A DNA stretch of 61,729 nt, the filler included. It is 5 parts of 5 records of this genome, joined end to end, with 100 filler letters (N's around TTAATTAATTAA, not from the genome) between each part and the next. Parts side by side here need not be neighbours in the genome. Positions count along the whole stretch, not along the records: positions 1 to 18,000 come from DRR378314_1221; 4 more parts are not named here. One strand, given 5' to 3'. A model generated the notes under the pieces. The model was not told where the DNA came from. It did no database searches and saw nothing but the letters and a program-made list of their open reading frames with translations. This document shows, one piece after another, positions 8,888 through 17,415 of the stretch. Numbering within the stretch: position 1 is the stretch's first letter; the number at the start of each line of letters is the position of its first letter. Position numbers and translations under genes: made by a program.

Positions 8888-10441
8888 ATGAACCACCCTG
8901 CCAACACAAGCGAGGGTACTTCGCGGTTTTCCCTCGGCGACCCCATCGTACTGGTGCTTAGCATCGGTTTCATCGTGGCGTTTCTTGGCCTCTCCTTTTA
9001 TGACATTGATCTTGTCGCCAACTCAATCAGCGCTGGCTTTGCTTGGACAGCCCTAGTGCTAGGCAGCTACTTTCAATTGTTACTGTTACTGACTTTTTTT
9101 ATTGCCATTGGCCTGGCAGTTACGCCAGCGGCAAAGGCCAAGATTGGCAATCTCGATGCACCAGAAATGAGTACCTTCAAGTGGCTATCGATTATTCTGT
9201 GCACATTGCTAGCAGGGGGTGGTGTCTTCTTCGCCGCCGGAGAACCGGTCTATCATTTTGTGGTAACCCCTCCTGCTTTTGACACCGAAGCCGGCACCGC
9301 CGAAGCCGTCTCAAGCGCCCTTGCCCAATCGTTCATGCACTGGGGCTTTTTGGCCTGGGCGGTACTTGGCTCGCTAACCGCGGTGGTGCTTGCCCACGCC
9401 CACTATGTGAAAGGCCAGCCACTGCAGCCACGCACACTGCTTTACCCGGTTTTTGGCGAGCGGCTTATGCGTGGCCCGCTAGGTGGCGTGGTAGACGCTT
9501 GCTGCGTGATTGCGTTGGTAGCAGGTACTGTCGGCCCCATCGGGTTTCTAGCTACTCAGGTAAGTTTTGGCTTGCATGAGCTGTTCGGCCTTCCCGAAGG
9601 CTACCTCGGGCAGCTTATTATTCTTGCGGTACTAGGTTGCATTTACGTGCTCTCTTCGATGAGTGGTGTTCATAGAGGCATTCAACTGCTTAGCCGCTTT
9701 AACGTACTGCTGGCACTTGCCATTGGCGCGGTGATCATCGTGTTTGGCCCTACGCTGTTTTTGGTCAACACCTATGTGTCGAGCATGGGTGCTTACATTA
9801 GTAAGTTTTTCACCATGGCAACCATGACCGCCGACACCGCTCCCGCTTGGTGGATGCAGTGGTGGACCGTCTTTTTCTTTGCCTGGTTTATTGGCTATGC
9901 ACCGCTGATGGCGATTTTCGTGGCGCGTATTTCACGCGGACGCAGTATTCGCGAAATGATTCTTGCCGTGGCGGTACTCGCCCCGATTGCGACGACCGTA
10001 TGGTTCACTCTGCTGGGCGGCTCAGGCATTTATTATCAGCTCACAGGCGTCATTGATCTGACAGAGGCACTGAATAATTTCCAGTTTGATGTAGCGACGC
10101 TTACCGTGGCCCAAGCGCTCCCCGGCGGCACCTGGATGGCACTGGCAATTTTGTTATTGACTACCATTTTTGTGGCCACCACAGGTGATTCGATGAGTTA
10201 TGCCATTGCCGTAGTAGGTGCAGGCCATGATGATCCAAGCCCTTACGTGCGTGCTTTCTGGGGGATTGCCATGGCGCTAATGGCAGCGGTGCTGCTGTAT
10301 ATGGGAGCAGGGCAAATTGGCGCCTTACAGCAGTTTATCGTGATTACCGCGATTCCCGTTTCACTGATTTTACTGCCATCGCTGTGGAATGGCCCCCAGG
10401 CAGCTTATGCCATGGCGCGCGAGCAAGGCATTATCGAGTAA
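8888..10441 (+). CDS. BCCT-family transporter
   Basis: LAGGGVFFAAGEP, FMHWGFLAWA, WWTVFFFAWFIGYAP, ARISRGRSIRE motifs. Confidence 0.93.
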   Translation: MNHPANTSEGTSRFSLGDPIVLVLSIGFIVAFLGLSFYDIDLVANSISAGFAWTALVLGSYFQLLLLLTFFIAIGLAVTPAAKAKIGNLDAPEMSTFKWLSIILCTLLAGGGVFFAAGEPVYHFVVTPPAFDTEAGTAEAVSSALAQSFMHWGFLAWAVLGSLTAVVLAHAHYVKGQPLQPRTLLYPVFGERLMRGPLGGVVDACCVIALVAGTVGPIGFLATQVSFGLHELFGLPEGYLGQLIILAVLGCIYVLSSMSGVHRGIQLLSRFNVLLALAIGAVIIVFGPTLFLVNTYVSSMGAYISKFFTMATMTADTAPAWWMQWWTVFFFAWFIGYAPLMAIFVARISRGRSIREMILAVAVLAPIATTVWFTLLGGSGIYYQLTGVIDLTEALNNFQFDVATLTVAQALPGGTWMALAILLLTTIFVATTGDSMSYAIAVVGAGHDDPSPYVRAFWGIAMALMAAVLLYMGAGQIGALQQFIVITAIPVSLILLPSLWNGPQAAYAMAREQGIIE

Positions 10442-10470
10442 CGGTTGATAGCCCTTATGTAGGCCTTATG

Positions 10471-11292
10471 TTATAGACCTTCCAGTAGGCGCAGAATCAT
10501 CTGCGGCTGCTGGTTGGCTTGAGCCAAGATAGCGATACCGGCCTGCTGTAGAATTTGCGCGCGAATTAGATTGGAAACTTCACGGGCATAATCAGCATCT
10601 TGGATGCGCGACTGAGCAGCAGACGTATTAATGATGTTGGTATTGAGTCCATCGATCACACTTTCGAAGCGATTTTGCACCGCGCCTAAATAGCTCCGCT
10701 GGCGATCCACCTGTTGAATAGCATCATCCATCGCCTTTAGCGGGTTATCCGTTGCGCTGCCATCATCTAAAACACTAAAGCTGTCCAGCCCCAATGCCTG
10801 CCTATTCATGGCTGCAAAGCGCACCGCAATGCTATCGCCATCGTTAGCACCCACCTGAATATTTACCGCTTTGCTACTATCAAACAACTTGATGCCGTTG
10901 AAATTACTCTGCTCGGCAAGGCGATCAATCTCTTCTAGGCGTTGATCGATCTCAGTTTGAATTGAACCAAGATCATCGGAAGAATTAGTGCCATTAGCCG
11001 CTTGAACACTCAACTCACGAATACGTTGCAAGTTATCGTTAATTTGGTCGAGCGAACCTTCTGCTGCTTGCGCCATGGAAATGCCATCATTGGTATTGCG
11101 AATGGCTTGCTCCATGCCACGCAGCTGAGCCCCCATGCGATTAGCAATCGCCTGCCCTGCCGGGTCATCCTTGGCACTATTGATGCGTAGCCCAGAAGAA
11201 AGACGCTCCATAGCGGTCTGCATCGCTTGCTGACTGCTGCGCAGATTATTCTGCACGATAAGAGACATCAGATTTGTGTTTAGGCTTAGCAA
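10471..11292 (-). CDS. flagellin, minimal type (273 aa)
   Basis: ERLSSGLRINSAKDDPAG, LGAVQNRFE, SRIQDADYAREVSN, QANQ motifs; very short central region; TTG start. Confidence 0.93.
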   Translation of the reverse strand: MLSLNTNLMSLIVQNNLRSSQQAMQTAMERLSSGLRINSAKDDPAGQAIANRMGAQLRGMEQAIRNTNDGISMAQAAEGSLDQINDNLQRIRELSVQAANGTNSSDDLGSIQTEIDQRLEEIDRLAEQSNFNGIKLFDSSKAVNIQVGANDGDSIAVRFAAMNRQALGLDSFSVLDDGSATDNPLKAMDDAIQQVDRQRSYLGAVQNRFESVIDGLNTNIINTSAAQSRIQDADYAREVSNLIRAQILQQAGIAILAQANQQPQMILRLLEGL

Positions 11293-11345
11293 CGCTCGTC
11301 TCCGAGGAAGGTCAGCCTGCCCAAGGGTAGGAGGCTACACTGCTA

Positions 11346-11372
11346 TTATCGGCCGCGACGCAAAAATCATGA
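11346..11372 (-). promoter_or_regulatory. sigma28 (FliA) promoter for the flagellin
   Basis: Minus strand reads TCATGATT-N11-GCCGATAA, with a perfect -10 box. Confidence 0.7.
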
Positions 11373-11813
11373 ATATGCTCGTTGTTTAAGTGTGCGGCAG
11401 CTGGCAGCCAGCACTTCATCTACCGGGCGACGCACGTAACTATGCTGGTAGTACCCCTCATCGATGACGTCTCCGTCCCACGCCACAATATCCAAGTCCA
11501 TGGTTCTCGGCCCAGACTTAATGGGGCCTCGCACACGTCCGAGGCGGTTTTCCACCTCTTTTAAGTAAGCGCGGAAAGCGTCGTGATCCAGGGAGGTACG
11601 CACGAGTAACGCTGCATTCAGGAAGTCCGGCTGGTGTTGATAGCCAACCGGCGTTGTGCGAATCGCTTCTGAGCTAGCTATCAGCTCACACTCGCTGCGC
11701 AAAATAGTCAGTGCTTCGTGAAAGTGGTGTTCCGGCTCAATATTGGTACCGAGAGAGATTAAGCATTCATGGAGGGCCGTATCTGGCGTAGCGTTTAACG
11801 ATGAGAGTGGCAT
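11367..11813 (-). CDS. folK: 2-amino-4-hydroxy-6-hydroxymethyldihydropteridine diphosphokinase
   Basis: ISLGTNI, QPDFLNAA, ENRLGRVR, GPRTMDLDI motifs. Confidence 0.92.
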   Translation of the reverse strand: MPLSSLNATPDTALHECLISLGTNIEPEHHFHEALTILRSECELIASSEAIRTTPVGYQHQPDFLNAALLVRTSLDHDAFRAYLKEVENRLGRVRGPIKSGPRTMDLDIVAWDGDVIDEGYYQHSYVRRPVDEVLAASCRTLKQRAYS

Positions 11814-12017
11814 AGCTGCATCCTAATCTTGTAGACCCTACTTTAGAAACCCGACGCTTAGCGTCAAAATTCGAAGGCGGTTGTCAGGTCATATTGATGA
11901 TACGTAAGATTAGCTTGCCTGCTATTTTGTTCAAGCTATGTACAAGATATTGACAAACGCTACGCTCACGCAGAAAGTCATACTCAACGCTAACGTTAAT
12001 CCACTTGGGGAACTTGC

Positions 12018-12764
12018 ATGAGTTCATCAGCTGCACTGATCACTGGCGGCGCAACACGTTTGGGACGCTATTTCGCCGAAGCCCTAGCGGCTAAGGGCTA
12101 TGATATTGCCTTACATGTGAATAGCTCACGGGGTGAAGCCGAAGACGTTGCCAAGACGATTCGCGCCAAAGGACAGCGCTGCGAAATACTGCCATGCAAT
12201 TTCCTGAGCGACTCTCTTGAAGAGCTTGTGACAGCCGCCAAACAACACTTCCCAAACTTAAATGTGCTTCTTAATAGCGCCTCTGCATATGAACCTGCTC
12301 CCATTTCAGGCACCGACATGGCCATGCTGGAAACGCAGTTTAGGGTCAATATGTTTACACCGTTGCTGCTCACACGTTACTTTGCAGACGCCGTCGATAG
12401 AGGCCAAGTCATTAATATTATTGATAATAAAGTGGCCTATCACCAGTACCCGTATGCCGCGTATCTATTATCGAAAAAGAGCCTTGCTGATATGACGCGT
12501 ATGGCAGCGCTAGAGTTTGCACCACGCCTGCGTATTAATGGTATTGCTCCCGGCGTGGTACTGCCCGCTTCTCAACGCACCAGCGACTATATCCAGTGGC
12601 GAATTGAAGGTATACCCGTTAAGCACCAGGGTGATCCCGCCCACCTTGTACAAGCGTTGCACTATTTATTAGACAATGAGTTTGTTGCTGGGCAAATTCT
12701 ATTTGTCGACGGGGGTGAGTCGATCAACCTTGAAGGGCAACATTCCGAAAACTATCCAGGCTGA
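12018..12764 (+). CDS. SDR oxidoreductase, pteridine reductase/FolM-like
   Basis: TGGATRLG, NSAS, YLLSK, INGIAPG, VDGG motifs; divergent from folK. Confidence 0.85.
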   Translation: MSSSAALITGGATRLGRYFAEALAAKGYDIALHVNSSRGEAEDVAKTIRAKGQRCEILPCNFLSDSLEELVTAAKQHFPNLNVLLNSASAYEPAPISGTDMAMLETQFRVNMFTPLLLTRYFADAVDRGQVINIIDNKVAYHQYPYAAYLLSKKSLADMTRMAALEFAPRLRINGIAPGVVLPASQRTSDYIQWRIEGIPVKHQGDPAHLVQALHYLLDNEFVAGQILFVDGGESINLEGQHSENYPG

Positions 12765-12773
12765 AAGCATTCC

Positions 12774-12837
12774 AACCTAGCTTTAAGCCTAGCTTTCAAA
12801 TCTATCCTTCAAACCTGTCTTTAAAATCTGTCTTTAA
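12774..12837 (+). repeat. degenerate 12-13 bp tandem repeat, about 5 copies
   Basis: aacctagcttta / agcctagctttc / aaatctatccttc / aaacctgtcttta / aaatctgtcttta. Confidence 0.6.
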
Positions 12838-12855
12838 CGCCCTCTTACGCCATAC

Positions 12856-12891
12856 GCTGCCGATGCTTATTAAGTCATTCGGCAGCTTTTC
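12856..12891 (+). terminator. probable terminator
   Basis: GCTGCCGA...TCGGCAGC stem followed by TTTT. Confidence 0.55.
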
Positions 12892-13048
12892 GTTGACAGT
12901 ACGTTAAGCCCTGCACGATTTAATCAAAGGTCACATTTCCCACCTTCCATGGACAGAAGAGTTGTCTGTAGACTCGTGAAAGTCGTCTTATTTCAGCTGG
13001 CATGCAACCCATCTAGGCGACTATTCCAACAATAAAAAGGAATTTCTC

Positions 13049-14659
13049 ATGGAAAAACTCGCGCAACGACTGGGGCTGCGCACAGACCCCACCATTTTTT
13101 TTACTTCGGCTGGCTTGATGGTGCTGTTTCTTGTCGCACTCATTATTGCCCCCGAGACGATCGGAAGCATTTTTGCCGCTGGCCGCAGTTGGGTGGTTAC
13201 CAATCTTGGCTGGTTCTTTATCTTTGGGGTTAGTTTCTGGCTGGTTTTCCTACTGTGGATAGCACTCAGCCGTTACGGCAATATTCGCTTGGGCGACGAA
13301 GACGATCGGCCGGAGTACGGCAATATTTCCTGGTTCACGATGCTGTTTGCCGGTGGTATTGGCACAGTGTTGATGTTTTGGGGGGTGGCCGAGCCGGTCT
13401 TTCATTTTGCCAACCCGCCTCATGGCGATATTGAGCCACATACGGTAGAAGCCGCTCGTGAAGCGATGGGCTTTTCGCTTTACCACTTGGGCTTGCATAC
13501 CTGGACCATTTTCACCCTGCCAGGGCTAGCCTTTGCCTACTTTATTTACCGCTACGACCTCCCTGTACGCGTCAGCTCAGTGTTCTATCCACTGCTCAAG
13601 GAGCGTATCTACGGCCCAATCGGTAAAACGATCGATATCTTTGCGGTACTCGGAACGCTGTTTGGGGTGGCCGTTTCTATCGGGCTAGGTACCTCGCAAA
13701 TTAATGCAGGGCTAAGCGAACTTTTTGGCGTTGCTGATAGCGTGACCACTAAAGTCATTATCATCATTGTGTTAACGGCAGTCGCAGTAGCCTCCATTGC
13801 AGGCGGGCTGGATAAAGGCGTGAAGCTGCTTTCCAACATCAATATCGGCATGGCCGTAGGGTTGATGTTGTTTGTCTTGTTTACCGGTTCGACCGTCTTT
13901 CTTCTGCGCGGCATTATCGAAACGCTCGGCATTTATATTTCCAACATCGTGCCGTTGTCGTTTTGGAACGACACGCTAGCGCAATACACCCGTGAAGAAG
14001 GCAGTTGGGGCTGGCAGGGTAACTGGACGGTCTTTTACTGGGCCTGGACAGTGACGTGGTCTCCCTTTATTGGCTTGTTTGTCGCACGCATCTCCAAGGG
14101 GCGTACCATTCGTGAGTTTGTCCTTGGTGTGCTGTTTGCGCCTTCGCTGTTTACGCTGGTGTGGTTTGCTATTTTTGGCTGGTCGGCCATGGAAATCGAT
14201 GGTATCGGCGCGGCCGCTCGCGAACAGCTGGGCGACCAGGCCGGTATGATGACAGCCGCTGTCATGGAGAGCGTGCCCTTAGCAATGTTTGCGTTCTTTG
14301 AGAACTTCCCCGCTGCTACGCTGATTCAAGGGCTTGCCGTCGTTATCGTGGCAATCTTCTTTGCTACTTCGTCGGACTCCGCGTCGCTGGTCATCGACCT
14401 ACTGTGTACCGGTGATACGGACCCCGGCCCAATTCATCAGCGGGTATTCTGGGGCGTCTCGGAAGGTGCCGTTGCAGCCATGCTGATCGTACTCGCAGGG
14501 GATGCGGGACTAGTAGCGCTACAGCAAGTGATTACCGTCATCGGTCTGCCTATCTTTATCATGGTCTTCGCCATGGTCTTTGCACTGATGAAGGCGCTGA
14601 TGAAGGAGAAGATCAAAATCGTACGCCCCAAAGGAGCGCCCGAACTGGATAACTTGTAA
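13049..14659 (+). CDS. BCCT-family transporter (BetT-like)
   Basis: SWFTMLFAGGIG, FWGVAEP, WTVFYWAW, ARISKGRTIREF, FATSSDSAS motifs. Confidence 0.93.
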   Translation: MEKLAQRLGLRTDPTIFFTSAGLMVLFLVALIIAPETIGSIFAAGRSWVVTNLGWFFIFGVSFWLVFLLWIALSRYGNIRLGDEDDRPEYGNISWFTMLFAGGIGTVLMFWGVAEPVFHFANPPHGDIEPHTVEAAREAMGFSLYHLGLHTWTIFTLPGLAFAYFIYRYDLPVRVSSVFYPLLKERIYGPIGKTIDIFAVLGTLFGVAVSIGLGTSQINAGLSELFGVADSVTTKVIIIIVLTAVAVASIAGGLDKGVKLLSNINIGMAVGLMLFVLFTGSTVFLLRGIIETLGIYISNIVPLSFWNDTLAQYTREEGSWGWQGNWTVFYWAWTVTWSPFIGLFVARISKGRTIREFVLGVLFAPSLFTLVWFAIFGWSAMEIDGIGAAAREQLGDQAGMMTAAVMESVPLAMFAFFENFPAATLIQGLAVVIVAIFFATSSDSASLVIDLLCTGDTDPGPIHQRVFWGVSEGAVAAMLIVLAGDAGLVALQQVITVIGLPIFIMVFAMVFALMKALMKEKIKIVRPKGAPELDNL

Positions 14660-14847
14660 GTGGTAACAACAGCAGTACTTTGACTTAATGCAAAGTACTG
14701 CTGATCACGAATCGCATTTATCAGGCGCTGCTGAACGCTGTAGCCCTCTTCACCAAAGGGAGTCAGCAGGGCGGCAACCATTAAACCGGTGAGCAGCATG
14801 TATTCGACGGTGCCCGCCCCTTGCTGGCGGCGGGAGTTGATCGGCAC
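14660..14847 (-). pseudogene. Flp/Tad-type pilin-like gene, decayed
   Basis: RRQQG|AGTVEYMLLTGLMVAALLTP is a prepilin G|xxxxEY motif plus a hydrophobic helix. A GAGG RBS precedes ATC rather than ATG. There is no stop before the frame runs antisense into the BCCT gene (to 14437). Confidence 0.65.
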
Positions 14848-14895
14848 CTCGCGCGCTGGGTGGTAGTTAGCGTGGCACGGAAATTTTAACACTAC

Positions 14896-15192
14896 CTACC
14901 CCGTGTGCTTATTAGCTTCACGTTCCGAAAGCCAAATTAGGACATGTTTTGCTACCTTCTGAGTCTCAGTGAGTTGCAAATCATCATCAACAGCGAATTT
15001 GATCTCTTCAAGCTGGCCTTCGATATCCGTCAAAAAATTGCGAATATCTTTCTCCTCAATAGCAACAATCTCAGCCTCCCCGCGCTGAATTACACGTTGC
15101 ATATTATCTGCCGGAACTTTTCCTTCAATATGTTTTAAGCACACGACGCGAATTTCGTCTATCACGTCAGGGTAGATGAAGCCTGAAATCAT
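14896..15192 (-). CDS. putative immunity protein
   Basis: 98-aa acidic helical ORF whose ATGA overlaps the stop of the preceding toxin tip. Confidence 0.65.
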   Translation of the reverse strand: MISGFIYPDVIDEIRVVCLKHIEGKVPADNMQRVIQRGEAEIVAIEEKDIRNFLTDIEGQLEEIKFAVDDDLQLTETQKVAKHVLIWLSEREANKHTG

Positions 15193-15660
15193 TGGGAGGC
15201 GATCCTTAGGATAGTGATAATCGTTCTTCCGTCACCCTCGATCCAGACACGAACGTTTCCTAAAGTATAGCTCGTTCTCTGAACATCATTAACGGTAGTT
15301 GTGGCCGTAGTACCTCTTGTAATCACTTCCTCAACCATGTTCGGAGTAGCATTGCGACCGGGACCATCTGCGCCCGCAGGTGCACCAAGACCACTCGGTT
15401 GCATACGATCAATGGCATGACGAGAATACAACCTACCGCTATTTGTGCATATTCGCGCCCCTCAACTTTAACAGAACCACCTTCCCAGCCATTCCGACGC
15501 ATCGAAGCCACCAACTCGGCGTACGGCATCCCATCCGACGCCCGGTCACTGATAGTAGCTTGAGACAACGCGATTTCAGTCGGGTCAAGAGTATGCCTAC
15601 CCGCAGGCAAGGGGGCATCCCCAACACGGGTGACTGTACTATTCGAGCTGCCTTGGGGCA
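15189..15660 (-). pseudogene. orphan toxin cassette: truncated ParB-like fragment fused to a frameshifted HAxxRM-type (BECR-like) RNase tip
   Basis: LDPTEIALSQATIS...SMRRNGWEG, then VEGREYAQI[frameshift near 15439]GRLYSRHAIDRMQPSG...PNMVEEVI...TIITI. Confidence 0.6.
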
Positions 15661-15665
15661 TTAGA

Positions 15666-15989
15666 TCACAAACCATCCTCCCGTCGTGAGTACACAAACC
15701 CACTGAGCGGTTCCAAGTTACTCATCGCACTCGTGGAGCAGATGCACTCAACATCAATCCGACTGATCTCTTGCTCTTTGCCGCCAAGCGCGTCGAAGTT
15801 TACTGCAACGATCTCAGTGCTTTCAAAATCAAACTCCGTGGGTTCTCGATCTAGATAATATCTGATTAGAATACTCCCTTCACCATCATATCCGACTGCT
15901 ATTGCTCTAATATTGGAGTAAATCTCACCGAGAAGAGCGATGCGGAAACAGGCTATCAACCAGTCAGGCAGATAATCGAGAAATTGCAT
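15666..15989 (-). CDS. putative immunity protein for the Ntox50 tip
   Basis: ATG lies 1 nt after the toxin stop; 107 aa, acidic; ALLGEIYSNIRAIAV. Confidence 0.7.
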   Translation of the reverse strand: MQFLDYLPDWLIACFRIALLGEIYSNIRAIAVGYDGEGSILIRYYLDREPTEFDFESTEIVAVNFDALGGKEQEISRIDVECICSTSAMSNLEPLSGFVYSRREDGL

Positions 15990-15990
15990 G

Positions 15991-17136
15991 TTAATTCCTT
16001 GCGTCTGGCACAATGTGTGCACCATTGTTGCCGTAATGAATTTGACCTCGCGTTACAGTTTGACCTGTCCTGCCATCAACACCAATGGGCCGACCAAAGT
16101 CGACAATAGGATTTCCCCTCGAACCAGTTCCAACAACCGGATATTGTCCGCTATGTACACCGGCTAAGAGCGCAGCTGGATCAACGCCATCATTAAAATA
16201 GCTACGGCCTTCCTGAAAATTGTTGTGTCCTCTGATGTGTTTGCCTTGTTGCCCCATGTGAATGTTGGTCGGAAGGTCATCAGGCACGGGAATTCTATTT
16301 TGGGATGCACTACCTCCCCCCGCGCCCTCAGGCCTGAGCACCTTACTCACAAACCTCGGCAAGCTCGCTGCTAAGCCGCCTGCGCCAAGCAGCATGGTCT
16401 CGTTTTCCAACATAAGACGCATCCGCACAAGGTCGGCTTCGTCTTGTTGTCCGGCTTGTTCAAGAGCATCAGCGTAGGCGAGTTGATTCCTGTGATTCTC
16501 GCTAATGTGTTTTACGGGGTTGGCCGCGAACGCTTTGATCTCGTTGCCCATCTCGCGCAGGAGCGCCCGGGATTCTTCGTCACCCATCACGGCTTGGCCA
16601 GCTACCTTCCCAAGTATCAAGGGGGCAGTGGCGGCGTCAATCACTATATCGGCCAGCGCTTGACGACCAATTTCCGTTATGCGGTCTCTTTCGCCATCCG
16701 CCCACAAGCGCGCTGTGTGGAGGTAGTAATGAAAGATCTCACGGTCAAGATCATTAAGATCCCCCCACGTCAGAAATTCAGAATAAAGTAATGAACGCTC
16801 GAAGTGACACGCTTCGCGACTGCCAGCCCATAAGTGACAGGCTCTTTCCAGTGCGCGATCACGCGATAGGCGTAAGGTAAGGATCGCTTTCCGCTCTTCT
16901 TCCAGGGCTTGGCGCTGGCTTTCTGATAACGCTTGTTCATCGCTTTCAAGCCGTTGGTCTATCTCTTTAAGGCGCTCTGCCCCAGGCCTGCTGCGAGCGG
17001 AAAGCGTCGTTGTGGCACTGCCTTCAATCGCCTCAACCACCTCACCCTCAGCGCACGGCGAACGAGCCGTGGCACTTTGGTCACTGGCCACGGGCGACAC
17101 ACCGGTACTGTCCGGTGCCAGACGGTTAGCCGACAA
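15991..17136 (-). CDS. start-less polymorphic toxin fragment with C-terminal Ntox50-type RNase
   Basis: C-terminus GQQGKHIRGHNNF...GRS...VDFGRPIG...GQIHYGNNGAHIVP. The frame opens directly after the upstream stop with no RBS or ATG. Confidence 0.8.
   Translation of the reverse strand: MSANRLAPDSTGVSPVASDQSATARSPCAEGEVVEAIEGSATTTLSARSRPGAERLKEIDQRLESDEQALSESQRQALEEERKAILTLRLSRDRALERACHLWAGSREACHFERSLLYSEFLTWGDLNDLDREIFHYYLHTARLWADGERDRITEIGRQALADIVIDAATAPLILGKVAGQAVMGDEESRALLREMGNEIKAFAANPVKHISENHRNQLAYADALEQAGQQDEADLVRMRLMLENETMLLGAGGLAASLPRFVSKVLRPEGAGGGSASQNRIPVPDDLPTNIHMGQQGKHIRGHNNFQEGRSYFNDGVDPAALLAGVHSGQYPVVGTGSRGNPIVDFGRPIGVDGRTGQTVTRGQIHYGNNGAHIVPDARN
16337..16387 (-). repeat. toxin junction repeat, copy 1
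   Basis: 51 bp, 46/51 identical to 17858-17908; encodes GAGGLAASLPRFVSKVL. Confidence 0.9.
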
Positions 17137-17409
17137 CTATTTCTTAAGTGTTTCCAAAACCCTGTTTATCCAATCACTCACTTCCATACCTTCCGACTCA
17201 GGCCTAAAGTTTCCACCGAGCTTATTGATTGTATCCTGAGGTAACTCTCCCTGTTTCAATAAATCAGTCAGAGCACTAACCAACTGAGCCTTCAATTCAG
17301 CTGGTTCTGCTTTGGCAAAATCTTCGACCGCCTCAAAGGACGACCCATAATCATCGCGCCAATCTTGATGAAAGTATGCATCAAAAAAATATTCAATAAT
17401 ATCAGCCAC
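17137..17409 (-). CDS. CdiI-type immunity protein for the RNase A-like toxin
   Basis: YFFDAYFHQDW motif, typical of the immunity family that partners RNase A-fold CdiA-CT toxins. Confidence 0.8.
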   Translation of the reverse strand: MADIIEYFFDAYFHQDWRDDYGSSFEAVEDFAKAEPAELKAQLVSALTDLLKQGELPQDTINKLGGNFRPESEGMEVSDWINRVLETLKK

Positions 17410-17415
17410 TTACTA

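Noticed and set aside
12774-12837. CRISPR-like array
   Set aside because: The units are 12-13 bp, degenerate and have no spacers, and no cas genes are present in the window.
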